From Adineta vaga (lineage: Eukaryota; Animalia; Rotifera), in NCBI GenBank assembly GCA_021613535.1, contig CP075493.1, forward strand, positions 496,001 through 560,000: DNA of 64,000 bases. The letters are read 5' to 3'. Of this stretch, positions 38,838 through 52,599 are shown piece after piece; the first letter of the stretch is position 1; the number at the start of each line of letters is the position of its first letter. A program made the translations under genes and the position numbers. A model generated the notes under the pieces. It ran no database searches, was not told where the DNA came from, and saw only the letters and a program-made list of their open reading frames with translations.

Positions 38838-41800
38838 TTATTGTGTAAGAGGAATGATAAGGGGATTATATAAATCAGTGGTTTTTGAGATGTTCCTATT
38901 TGTTTTTTGAGCGGAATTGTTCGCTTCGATGCGAATCTGGAATTCCATGAAGGAGCTATAAATAATGGGTAAATATGTATTGTGTACAAAAGCAAAAAAT
39001 GAAATACTTACAGATGTTGTTGATGATCCACTCGAATCGGGTTCCCCTCTGCGCAATATGGTTTCTGCAATCTTGTATCTGTATAGCAGAAGTTTATCTT
39101 CTTCGATATTAACAAATTGTTGCTTCTTGACATAAGCGTCGGCTTGCACCAAAAGACGTACGCCACATGAATGGCTATCTCTTTGATGCATGCTACCGTC
39201 ATTATCAAATGTTATTAATTTCCACTCATTGGTAAAGTCGATTCCACTTTGTGTTTTTAAAACATATTGTAGATTTAACATGTGAAGTGTTCGATCCATA
39301 TTTATTAATCGTGGCAAATTATGTGTCACCAAAGAATCTAATTGCAACATTAATTTATTTTTCAGATCAATTATTATTATATACCAATGGTGGTTTTCAT
39401 TTATTGGACAAAGTAACACATCATAATTTAACCAATTCTTCGGTAAGCCTTTAATTTTTTTAAAAATGATTTGTCTCATAAGATAGCTTGGTACAGCCAT
39501 AACTTTATCATCTGATGGGGCGTTCGATGCTGTGATCGAGAGATATGCATCAATAATTAAATCATTAATATCTCCATCTTTCTCCAACAATACATTCATA
39601 TCATCTAATTTGATCTGGATAAAGTCGACAGTAAATCCATTTTTATAAGATGGTAGTAAACCATTGATAACTTCAATAATAACGTCTTCTGGTTCCACAT
39701 CAACAGGTAGATGAGTTCGATCCAGAGCAGCATTTTGCAATTTAAAAGATTTATACGCCATATCAGCAGTTTCATAAATAAGAATGGACCATCTAGATGA
39801 CAAATCAGTGTCCACTGTTGTCACATCCTTTAATAATTCAAATTGATTACTAGATTCATTATAGGATGTGTAACCGTTCGGGCTCTTTCTTAAATAAACG
39901 ATATTATCTTCTTCATGCACCAACATTACAGTTCCTTGATTGTATTCAATGCCATAGTGATAAAAGGTTGGTTTGATAATCAATCGTTCGACATTATGGA
40001 TCAGATCGATTGATTCTTCAAGATCACTATGACTTTTGAAAATCAAAAATCGCGGTAAATCATACAAAACTCCATTTGTATAACCCATATGACTGCATGA
40101 AGAGCACTTAATTTCCTTTACCATAAAGTGATCCAGGACATTATCAATATGATTACCATTACTTTTCATTTCCCACACTTCATGAAATCGTTCACATGTT
40201 AAAGTTTCTACACGAAGAAAAACAGATCAAACAAATTATCATTGTGAACCCTCTGGGGACCGGTGACGCTTCAAAGTTTTAAGGGCGTTTTGCTCGAAAA
40301 TAGACATAGATTTACTACCGCTTTTTGTGAACTTTCCTCTCTTATAGTTTTTCAAAAAAGAGTTACTACGGTCCCAAAAGGGTTGAATTAATTCATGAGA
40401 AAATATCAAGAAAACAAAGAAAGTCAAATTTCAATCAAATGTTCTCTCATTATTGAAACTATCATCAATAAATGCAGAATTTAATTCTGCATCTATTCCA
40501 TCAGGTTTCATCAATGTGACAACATTCTGAAGTGATAAATTTGACTTTTTTAGCGGAGGATGAACATGGATAGTGATCGGTAAGCAAAATACAATTTACA
40601 TTTCGTAAGAAAGTTGTACCTTTTTTACAATGGGAGCATTGAAACTGTTTGAGAAATGCAAAATTCAATGAATTGGTGTAAAGTGGATCGTGTTTTGCAA
40701 AATAATCAGCGGCATCATTGAGTGAGAGCGTTGGTGGAAGTGTTGTATCACATGCCATAAAATTGGTGAAAATGTTCCATAATGCGACTGAGAATATATC
40801 TTTGGTGGATGGTCGAGCTTAAAGGGCTAAGATGGCTGATGGACGGTCAGTTTGGTGCCCGAAAATTGTACGAGGCGGAAGAATTGTAATTTTGTCATCA
40901 TCTAATTTATACCATTCGTTTTTTCGATTAGCTATGGTGTAATAATGTCCTTCGTTGTCTTGGCCAGTAAAGACAATGAATGATTGTAATGTAAAGCGAC
41001 TATAAGATCGAGTCGAAACAATATGATTGGATAAGACGTTAGATAAATCAACATGAGTAGATAGTTTGTGTGCTGTATTTTTAGTTGTTGTTGTTGTTGT
41101 GTGGAAGCGAAGAAAAAGATGTTTTGGAAATTTAGCAATTGATAATGAAACTGGTTGATGATCATTTGAAGTGCATTGTGGACATTGTATATCGCGAAGT
41201 GTTGGTGAAAACGTATCAGCTAATACATCGATGAGGTTATCATAGACTGTTGACGTAGTTACCAAGATATAGTCCCATATTTGTGTGCTAATAATAGATA
41301 CTTTATTACAGGAACAACATTGCATCGAAACAGTAATATTAGATTTGAAATCAATACCATAGAATGCAAGAGACGGTACTACAGCAGCTAAAAAAAAGTC
41401 GAATGCACAATTATACTTTCTTAGTCTGATTTTGACACCAGCCCACACGAGATATCCAAGTCGTTCAGAAATAAAGTTTGCTTCTACGATTGTTTTGCCT
41501 TTTTTGGTATAATTTTTGTGTTTTTTTGTTAATACATATAAGATGTCACCGACAACCTTAATAATCGAGGATTCTAAGTCAGCATTGAGAAGGCCCATAC
41601 TAATAATTGCTTTGACGATTTGTCCAGATGACAAGATCATTTGCATGACACTATTAAACCAACAGTTGTTAGCCTGGTTTTCAAACTTCAAAAATTCAGG
41701 CAATTGTCCAATGGCTAGAATAAGTATATATTCATCTTTGAGATATAATTATATAGAATTTATTCTAATCAATCTTCTCGATATTTTAAACAACTAATTT

Positions 41801-44800
41801 GTTGTTCTTGAGTATCCAACGATACATCTTCGAAATTAAACTATCTAACAACTTTTCACTAATTATAGATACATTACCTAAATTTTCATCATCATTTTGA
41901 CCTAATAATCGCGTATTCATCATTCCGGTTAGATTTAATTGCGGGCTTCCAGATGTGTATCCTATTGCGTTATCAGCTGCTGTTTTTAAACGTTTCGCCC
42001 AGTTTTCTCCCGCTTTTTTTTGTTTTGATGCTGGTAATACATGATTCTTATTGTTTTTCATAAATATGTAGTCTGCAAATTGACATTCAACTGCTCCAAT
42101 ATTTTCTCCCAATTTTGTCACTACTTCATCAATTCGCGCATAAACTTTACGGCTCAAAATCGCTTCCTTTAGCACCCTCATCCGAGATTCAGAAACCCCT
42201 GTTGTTCGTCCGGTATGGCATGAACATGGCGCTGCTTCGAAGTTTGATTTATAACCGTATCGATGCTTGAAATTTCCTAAGAGAAGATTACTCCAAATTG
42301 GTGCAGTTGGCATATAAAGTTTTAATAAACGTGCCAAAAATGTTGCTGAGAATAATGGATTACTGGGTAAGTTGTTCCACTGGGGTTCATCATATATTTT
42401 CATTGCTTCCTTAGACTCTTCATAGATTCTGGTGAACAACCCTTTAAATGATGATTCTATTTGAAGAACAGTTTCTTCTTCTCCAAGTGGCAATTCATTT
42501 GCATTATTTTCATAAGCCTATATAAACACAATAGTAAATTAATTAAAAAAGCTTTAGCAATGCTATTGAATAAATAAATTGAATTATACTAAAAAGTTGC
42601 ATCAGTATGATTATAGGAAGTATTAGACTCTTTTTAGCGCAACGCTAATTTTGTTCTGGTTGTATACAATTTCTTATCAGTGTTTCTTTTCTTCTATTCA
42701 TTTCACAATAATGTGTTAATACTAATCTTTCACATCTTCGTCTACATCTGATCTACCTTTCTCTTCTCTCCATTCTTTTCCTTTTCTCTTTAGATGTTCA
42801 TTCTTTCTTATTTGTCCTTCATCTGTCTATTTTCATTCCTGTTTGTGCATCCGTCCATTTCGTTCACATTCGCTCACTTCCATTTTCTCTTACCGTATTG
42901 TATGCTCAACAAAATATAAATAGGTCAACATCATTCGGTAATACAATGAATGAGAAAAATATGGAAGAGGATGAAGAAACGTTTTCAATCGCTCGTTAAA
43001 TTGCAATGTGTTTATGTTATTTGAATATATGAGGTAACGTAAGAAATGCTAAAATGCTCTTTTATGTTAAGAATATAGTTACTTACATTTGTGTCTAGAT
43101 CACTATGAAGTTGTGCTTTTGATGTTACTGTTACATTTTTCAACACATCATTGGTTTGATCAGGATCCTTATTCATTTTATCTGCCATTTGAGACATCAA
43201 TGATAGTGACATTTTGAATCGATCATTTTGATTTGTACTGATTAACACAATACAAATATTTTCCCAGACAATGATCATTTCATCTAAAGTGCTACTATTA
43301 ACAAGCAAGGCCATCAACCACATTCCAAATGGAACCTATATAATATTAATGAAAGATTTTATAATGTCTGCAAGAGATAAGTATGTAAAAGTGTCGCCTA
43401 CCTGTTTTTTTGTTAATTCTTTACCTGCGTTTCTCTTCACATTCTTCATAAAATGACCTAAACAAGCGTGGATGACAGTCATTTCTAAGTCACCCTTGTT
43501 AGCTGTTCCATTAATTATCCGCCATCATCTTTCTATGTATCGAGCCATTGTTTCGTCAAAGTTAAAAATTTCAATAGCGGCAAGAAGAAATACGAGGGCA
43601 CGGTCACTATGGATAATAGGTGGTTTAGGAAATGCATGTCCAAAGCCGTAAGTTTCTTTATATTTCTCTTTAAAACAGTTCATCCAATGTACAATATCTG
43701 CTGTACCATGAGAGTTACTAAGCATTATAGTAATTGGAAAAGACGGACCCTTTTTAATAAGATTTTGCATTGTTAACTCATAATAATAGATTCGTTTTTC
43801 ACGATTAATAACAATACCACCAGTAGCATCCCATGATAATGGCATATTTAATGCGCATCGGTGATATACTGCCAGACCACCTGCTGTGAAACAGATGAGT
43901 CGCAATGGATCAGTACTTATTGCCTGTAAATAGCCTGGTATTGATTCACCAGGATATATCGTCCTTGCTTGCTCTTCTTTAATTTTCTGAAGACTCTCAG
44001 CTGCTATATCGTGTCGTCGTAATTTCTGGCGACGACTACCACGTTGAGGTCTTGAATATATTTCTGCTTTTAAATGACGAATTTCGCCCTTATAATTTAC
44101 TTTTAATTTTCCATTTAGATCTATGATAGCTTTAAATGTACAAGTACAAGTGCTGAACTTACAATGAGCACTTATACTCATGAAAAACTTCTCATGTTCC
44201 CTCTTCTTCTTCTTCTTCTTCTTCTCAACAACACCGAAATAATGGCGCCTGTACATAAATACACAATAATCATTGGATTGTTGTACATATTCATCCATTA
44301 TTACAGTCCATTCAAGATTTCTTCTTTGTCGTGCTGAATTGCTATTGTTATCTGAATCTTCCGAATCCGTTGCTTGGCTGTTTTCATCTTCTTCTTGCTC
44401 ATTTGCTATTTTCGTTTGTTCTTCTTCTCGTAACTTCTTTAATATTTCCATATCGCTTTGCGAGATAATAATTGATTTCGATCTTTCAGCTTCTTCTATG
44501 ATGTTAATATCAAAAGTGAAGAACGATGACTTCTCTGTATTGCGTTGCAAAAAGGTGAGTAATTCCATCTGTTCTGCATCAATATTCGTATGATCCGGTG
44601 TTTTCATTGGACTTAATGTATCCTAAATGTCAGCAATATTTTTTTTTCGCTTTAAAAATTTTCTTTTGAATTATTAATAACAAACAATAAATAGTTAAAA
44701 GCATTAGAAAACTATCTGTCTTCCAAAATCAAGGTGACATCAGCAAAAAATGATGTATATGACTAACTCAATTGTATTTTATAATCTTACTTTTCCATCT

Positions 44801-47260
44801 AGAATTGAAGGTACTGTATGATTGAATTTATCAGATGTTTTCGGTGTTGAGGTCAAAACCTTTCTTTCTAGAGAGGTTTCTGAAGATGAGTAGAAAAAAG
44901 ATTTTGTTTTTCGTTCTATTTTTGTTTTAGTTTACCAATGATGTTGGCGACAAAATTAATCGTAGTGGTGTACAAACTGAAGGTATTGTGGTGTCTTCAT
45001 ATTCAATAGAAAGATTATTCGATTTCACAATGCCATCAGATTCAATAGAATGATTGTTTGATTTTACACTGTCGTAATACTATATGAAAAGCAAGCAATG
45101 TAAATGTCATTCAAGATTTCAATAATTCTAATCACTATTTTCGTATCAATTCTACATAGCGTTTAAATCTAATTTTACTTTTGTCTCTTATATTTTTCAA
45201 ATAGAGACAAGATACTCACATCATAGGATATACTCATTGCTGCTGACTTGTTTTCAGTATCAGTGCTTTCATTACAATCGTCCTGACATTTACAAGCAAG
45301 TTGAATTGAAATTATATTGCCGAAACAACAAACATTATCAAGATCATGATCATATTTCATACTAATGTTTTTTCCTTGTTTATTTAAAAAGATTTGCAGT
45401 TGTTCAATAAATTGTTCTGTTTCCTTTACTTCTGATGTTGGAGGTGATTCCTGCAAGAGAAGAGAAATAAAAGTACAATTATTAATTGATTATTGCTTTA
45501 AAAAGCATGAGCAATTCTTTTGTATTCAATCAGAAACAAAATCATTATATTTTTCTTTTTCACATCGATTAGTTTTCTTAAAATAAAAAGCACATTTTTT
45601 CATGAAATCTGATAGTATACAATAAATCTAATTATCATTCAACATGCTCTTTTCATAGAAAGTTTTCAAACTAAATATTGTCATTATACACCAGATGCGA
45701 AAGTGAACATGATGATTTATATCAAAATAACTGATCGTTGTATTATCATGTACTTGCTAGGATTTTAATGGAAAATAAGGACAATAATTTTACGACAATA
45801 CAACGACTAGTGATATGGGCGATTCGTGATATTTCAATCACACAGGACAAGCAGATTCAGTAATATTCTAACTTCATCTAGAAATATGTGGCAGAGCTAG
45901 GCAACTCAACTCAAAAAGATGCACAGTTCGATTCAATTTATCGAGAACAAAATGCAACTCAACTCAGTTCACAATTGATACATATTTAAAAAACTTTTCT
46001 CAACTCAACACAACTCAATTCGAGAATTGAATTGAGTTTGATTGAGTCATTTTCATCTAAATTACATAGATTTAAGACGTACAAATTGGAAAAATGACGT
46101 CGTTGGTTTTAACGAAACATCATTTAAAAAACTACAGTATCATATTTGGATGAATTTCTTTCTTCAAAATTTTTTCTCGTTTCAATAATCACATTTTTTA
46201 TTCGAAGTGAGTTGGGAGATCAAGAAAATCGTTTTTATTAATTCATTCGATTCAATTTGATGACGTTCGAAAAATCTTCTTGATTCAATCAAATTCATTT
46301 CGTCCGTTCAAAAACTCCATCTCAATCTATCTCAACAAATTCACCAACTTCGAATGATATCTCTAATTCAATTCGTTTCAATTGAAAAAATGATATGAGT
46401 TGACTTGATCATTTTTTTAATTGAGCCAACCTACTCTGGTGTGTGCTGTATGGGTAATAAAAATTTGATGACTATCGTCGCACATAGTACTTCTTTATCA
46501 CATCTTATACAGATATATCTCACCATATATTCCACTCATTGATCTCGTCGTGTGATTTTCTGCGTTTCTGCTCTATACAAAATGCGCTCTCAATATGATG
46601 CAGTCTGTTTTTAGTCTTTGATGACGAATCAAAGAGATGGATTGTGTAAGATGAAAGTGTGAAAACAATCCTTTTTCTAATCAAAGATAGAACAATGTGT
46701 TTGCTTTCATTAAAGTTGTATTGCTTTTTCTTATCATTTAAGAAAAAGACATTGACAGCGACTATCGATGAAATTTTTCTATGTTAAAAGATGTATTTCA
46801 TACATGTCTGCATAGTACGAAGATGTATGCTTAATTTTCTCAATCAATGTAAATCAAAGAACGTTTTTTATCTTGATTATATTTGTGTTATATGTGTACA
46901 TATTCTATGACTTACTTTATCAATATTTGTTGGAACCAACTCAACGAAATTGTTGTTGTCGACATGCTCATTTTCCTAGTTCATTAGATAATAATTATCT
47001 GTTAGATTAAAAGTAAGTTCAACTAGAAATACCTGTTGCATATTATTGATGATTTCCTCGGATTTATATCCTTTTCGTTTCCACAAATCAAAACATGCAC
47101 GACGATTTTCTGCACTATTTTTTTTGCCCATTTTGATACAGAGCTCACCCCATATTTCAGAAGTACTTTTACAAATATCCAAAGACATAATTTGATCAAT
47201 TGAAAGAGAATTCAAAGCGTTTTTAAAAGCTTTATCATCAATTCGACCTTGTCGTGGCAT
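38838..47260 (-). pseudogene. Multi-exon NOF-like MULE transposase fused to USP (C19), degenerate USP-like and Ulp1 (C48) protease domains
   Basis: Transposase: Zn-finger-like AHCKFSTC..H, then WDATGG, IHSDRA, IHACLGH and TTGVSESRMRVLK. USP: Cys box FENQANNCWFNSVMQ and His box GHYYTI..WYKLDD. Ulp1: INDLIIDAYL, NHHWYIIIID and HQRDSHSCG. GT-AG junctions link the parts (e.g. 47033/46975, 43402/43335, 41878/41713). In-frame stops at 43525-7 and 40819-21. The 3' end is approximate. Confidence 0.8.
45892..46438. mobile_element. hAT-like MITE within an intron of the NOF-like gene
   Basis: Starts CAGAGCTAGGCAACTCAACTC and ends TTGAGCCAACCTACTCTG, with AACTC subrepeats. A related left end CAGAGCTGGGCAACTCAACTC occurs at 48064. 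Confidence 0.55.
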
Positions 47261-48647
47261 AGTTTAAAATATTCTGAATTTAATAATTTTTCAACAATTA
47301 ATGCAAAGAATATAGATTTACTTACGTTAAATTATTTAATAATATTTCAACTATTTTCACGCTTCGTGCGTATGCTATTGCTAATGTTATAGATAAGATA
47401 TAGAATATTTTATATCTCAGTACGAACGGTTCGTGTATTTATTTGACTTTTTAGTGTGTTCAGATGTATTTATACTTTCGATTTGTTTGAAACTAGATAT
47501 CGTTTTATCATTGATGTTTTTAATGTTATTGAAGTGTTCTCTTTACCTCGATTTATCACGTTTCTTCAAGACTATTTAGCACGAAAACAAATCATATCAA
47601 AATAGAGATATAAACTGATATTACATATATGAACTCGAATTGTTTTTCATCTTCAAAATATCAATCACAACAATCGATATGAACTCGTTGAGTGAAAGTA
47701 AGTATACCACATGAAATTGATCTATATTTAATTGTCTAGTCAATTGTTCCGGAACACATATATCTTTTACCTTATTGATACTCATCTACAATTCATCAAT
47801 CTGTTTCTAAAGTCAACCAAGTCATTTTTACTGACCTATACACTATAGACAGACGCATAAAATAAGCTGATTGAGTGAAAATTATTGTAATTGTAAAATA
47901 ACCTGTTGATTCAATCAATAATCAGAAAGAAAATATCAGTTCACACTCTTGATGTTCAATTGAATAGGTATGTAAGATAACTTGCAAAATATTGCATCGC
48001 ATGCAAATTTTATCGGACGAAAAGTGTTGATGGTTTGAAAATTTTTAAATTCTTATGTTATATCAGAGCTGGGCAACTCAACTCAATTCAATTCACTTTT
48101 CTTGATTCGAAGTGAGTCGAGTTGAGTCAAGAAGATTTTTCGAACAGCATTAAATCAAATAGAATTGATTTGACCCATTTTTACTTGAATTGGTCAGTTC
48201 TGAGTTATATATTGAATTTTGTTAGATATATCGTTGTAAAATCGATAAAATATTCGTCTAAGATATTAGTTGATGTCATAATGATTTGTTCCATATCTCT
48301 ACTTTAATATATTGATTTTGTGAACATGTCCATGTTTATTTTAGATTAAAACAAAATAACTTGGACTGGTATCGATATATCAATCAACCGAAGTTTACAT
48401 TTATTTATACATTCATCAACAAACATTTCGTTACTGAAACTAAAAATTCTTCTGAATCTTTTAAAGAAAAACTTGTCTTAAAACAATGTTTTCATTCGCA
48501 TTGTTCATTACGGTTATTATTCATATGTTTATTGTTTTCGAAAGTGTCTCAGCAACCAATGTGATTATTGATACAAAAAAAGGAATTAACTTACATCATA
48601 TTGGAGCATATCATGAAAAATTTGAAGAATCTATATTTCATATATTT

Positions 48648-51600
48648 GGGTGAATCCATGAGGACCCAGCCACTTTTTGGAAAGGTCTTTCTTTTCGATT
48701 TTTTTTTGTTCAAAAGGTTGATCTCGACTAGAAAACACTTTTAGTTAAAAAAAATTAAGTACTCTTACCCAAAAACTCCGAGTTTTTGAGCATTTTCTCG
48801 GAACACCTATGGTGTATTTTTATATATAGAAAAATGTCGAGAAAAAGCGTGGAACTTCTTTAAAAGTATTCTTTTTGGAATTTTTTGGTTTTCAGAAATG
48901 TAAACAAAGTCTAGAAACATGTTTCCTGAGGAACATCAGACCAGTTCTATTGAAGGTCTCGGAGGCTCAGTCATTTTCTCTGAACATATCAATAGATATA
49001 TTTCGTCAACCTAGATTGTATTCAATTAAATTGAATAATTTTTATTTTCTTTTACTCGTGGAATACAACAACTTCCATGACACTATCCTAACAGAACGAA
49101 ATCATACTAACGACTCTGCCCTGATAACTGAAAAGATTTGCTGTTATACTGTCTTTCACAAATGAGACCATGGAATCGAAAGAGACATTACTATCGAAAT
49201 GATAGATTTTCCATTTCTCTTTAAGGACATCTTTAGATATAGAGTCTTATTCATAAATGTTGTGACTTCACACGAATAAGATTACGAGATGAATCATTGG
49301 ATATTAGAAAATATCGACTGTCCATCAGTGCTTCTTTATTTTTTCAAAATCTATTCTAATGCCGCGACGAAAAAATTGTGAACATCCGGTAAAGCATGAT
49401 AAATCTGTATGTGTACCAAAAGGAGTAAAGGCTGTGTCATCCGAATTATCGAAGTTTTTGATCAGTGAGTATGACGTAGCTCACACCCGATTTAGCTGGT
49501 TATGTCCAAGATGTTATACATTTGAATCGAAGAAAATGATGACTCATCAATCAAAGCAGGAGAACAACAATGAAAGTTCTAGTGATGATGAATCAATGAC
49601 ACAAGGTTCCCCTGTTAATGATGACAAAAATGATGATGATTGTGTCGATGTGGAATTCAATGATCTAAGTGAAGAAGAGAAAGAGAATCCTCATATGGAT
49701 AGTGGTATCTTAGCTGAGTCAAATGACGATGATGAATCGCCACCTGTCGATGAAACAACTGACCATGAATCGATGGAAGAAGAGACAGATCATGATTTCT
49801 ATGAAATCGAACACAAAAAAGACAAATAAATGAAAGAATTATCAAAGATATTCGATCTATTGAACAAAGAACCGATTCATGACAGGTTAGTTTGTAAATT
49901 TAATTCGAATTTTTTAAAACGAAATTTGTATTTAGATCAGCAGTATTGCCCATTCGAGACAAAGTCGATGAGGTGTATAGAAAACTCAATCGTTTATGCG
50001 ACATACTAGACGGCAAGTCTCAAGTCTCGCACGATCCAAATCCTCACGGACTAACGATATGTGAATCAAATGAAGTTTTGGATGGTTTGAAGAAGTTATA
50101 CGGTGACAGTGATGCTAATGAACAAGTTCGCTTGATGACAATTGCTCCCAAAGAGTGGGGTCGACAAAAAATCGAAAAATGGTGCGTATTTTATTCTCAT
50201 GTCGTTCAATATCTTCGCATTTTTTCAAAAAATGTTACCAAAAATTTCTTTCACTTATCAGGTTTGCATCAAAGCCAAATCAAGCTCGACGATCGCTTGT
50301 TCTTCGAAAAAACGATGGAATTTTAGCTTATCCACAATGTCTGCGAGGAAGTAATCGTCCTTTATCTAACTCAACAATTGATCTTGTGATCAAGTTCTAT
50401 TGTGAAGATGGTATTAGTCGAGTCTCATCCAATTCCAAAGACACGATCAAAATCAACGGACAATCAGTAGCAGTTCGGTTTCTAGAAATGACTGTCTTGG
50501 ATGCCTACCAAACATTCAACGAACGTCATCCTGATACGGTTTCAAGATCAACTTTCAATGCTCTTCGTCCACGAGAAGTGAAGACTGCAACATCACATGA
50601 CACATGCATGTGTATTATCCACGAAAATATGGATCTGTTATTGAAGGTTTGTGCTAGCCGTATATTGATTCGAATGTAACTTAACTTCATTATAGGCTTG
50701 GAACAATTACTACCGAAAATGTGCCGATGTAGGTTCTTTCTCAGCTAGTAATAAGATCAATATGAAGGATCTGATTACTCAAATGGTTTGCACTATTTCG
50801 AATGAAAAGTGCTTTAATGGTGAATGTGATGCTTGTCCAGAAGAAAACATCAGAGATATTCTCACTGATAACTTTATGTTGGATTTGGAGGACGAATGTT
50901 CATGGTCTTTATGGAAGAAAGTCAATAATAAATTCGACCTTCAGCAAATGTCTGGCTCGGTTGACTCTCTATTGACGGAAATTGAAGCAAGATGGTCTCC
51001 ATTCTTGCTTCACACGCACATTAATCGTGAACAACGTGAATATATCAAAGACTTACGCTGTCAATCAACGGAAAAAACTTTTGCTGTGGCTCAGATAGAT
51101 TTTTCAATGAATTACACACTCATACGTCAGCGTGAAGTTCAGCAAGGCTTTTTTAGTTATCATCAAGCCACCTTATTTACAATCCATCTGACCATTGGGA
51201 AAGAACAGCGAAATTTGGCGATCATTAGCAATTATATGGAGCATACAAAATCATTCGTGCATTGTGCACAGAAAATTCTCACCGCATTTATCAAGAAAAA
51301 CTTTCCATTGGTAAAAAAGGTCAATTATGTGAGGTAAATCTTTTTTTAAATAGTTTATGTACTACGTCAACCCTCGTCGTTCATTTAGTGATGGCGCATG
51401 TGCACATTTCAAGAACAATACCAGCATTTTAAACCTAACTCATCATAAGATGGACTTCGATTTGGATGCTTGTTGGACGTTCACAGCTACAGGTCATGGT
51501 AAAGGTGCTGGCGACGGTATAGGCGCCGTACTGAAGTCAGTCGCCAGACGTGCTACACTTTCAAAAAACATTCTCATGTCAAATGCAAAAGACTTCTACG

Positions 51601-52324
51601 AATTCTCACAAAAACAAGAACTTGAAACAGCAAGAAGATCTAACAAAGATATTCCTGGTGTTCATATCTTCTTTCTTGAATCGAATGAAGTAGAAGAAGC
51701 GAAGAACACTTTTCTAAAAGCTAGAAGCGAAAAACTTCGAACAACAGGTCAGAAAAGCTTTTGCTTTTGTCCCCTTATGTCTGTATTAATTTAGGTACAA
51801 TACAAGGAATTCGATCAATGCATGAATTCAAACCGATTAGCAACTCAATGGTTCAATGTAGTTCGACATCTCGTTCAACAAAAACCAGGACATTTACATT
51901 TAAATAAAAATCCTTTTTCTATCTTTTCTAGTCGATCAGATTTTTTAAAATTAGACTTGACGATGATACTCAATATTCAGATAGATTGAACAGCTCTCTT
52001 CATTACCACCTTATATTAGATTTCTGTACTCTTGTGTTCCTCAGGAAACATGTTTCTAGACTTTGTTTACATTTCTGAAAACCAAAAAATTCCAAAAAGA
52101 ATACTTTTAAAGAAGTTCCACGCTTTTTCTCGACATTTTTCTATATATAAAAATACACCATAGGTGTTCCGAGAAAATGCTCAAAAACTCGGAGTTTTTG
52201 GGTAAGAGTACTTAATTTTTTTTAACTAAAAGTGTTTTCTAGTCGAGATCAACCTTTTTGAACAAAAAAAAAACGAAAAAAACGACCTTTCCAAAAAAGT
52301 GGCTGGGTCCTCATGGATTCACCC
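48648..52324 (+). mobile_element. Sola2-type DNA transposon (3677 bp, ~290-bp TIRs)
   Basis: TIRs GGGTGAATCCATGAGGACCCAGCCAC... at 48648-48935 and 52035-52324 (GRG..CYC termini). The 4-bp flanks are ATTT and ATAT. Confidence 0.85.
49359..51907 (+). pseudogene. Sola2-type transposase, six exons, one premature stop
   Basis: Exons ~49359-49884, 49937-50182, 50262-50646, 50697-51333, 51389-51747 and 51795-51907. Motifs SRSTFNALRP, CMCIIHEN, CFNGECDACP, IDFSMNY, SDGACAHFKN and TGHGKGAGDGIG. TAA at 49827-9 interrupts exon 1. Confidence 0.8.
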
Positions 52325-52599
52325 ATATACAAACAAGTATTTGCAATGAAGAGAGGCGAATTCAAAGAAAAGAATCATACCAAAATCCAGGCGATTTGAT
52401 AGATCCTAATATTTAACCCAAACCCAAACCCAAACCCAAACTCAATCCCAAACTCAAACTCAAACTCAAACACAATACCCAAACTCACCAAACCCAAACA
52501 GTTTGGGTTTCGTGCATGGCTAGGGATATGTGATGTAGCTTGTAAACATTTATAATATGAGCGACAGTGAGCTACTTATCGAGTTTGCCGTCACAGTCT

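Larger units (their letters stand above)
37585..47300 (-). mobile_element. Large NOF/Rehavkus-type Mutator-like transposon (one terminus visible)
   Basis: Terminus ATCAGTGTGAAGCTAGCA at 37585 matches the MITE TIR. Duplicated ~90-bp subterminal blocks (38055-38143, 38230-38320) are homologous to the MITE interior. It contains the transposase-protease gene. The other TIR was not found. Confidence 0.7.
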
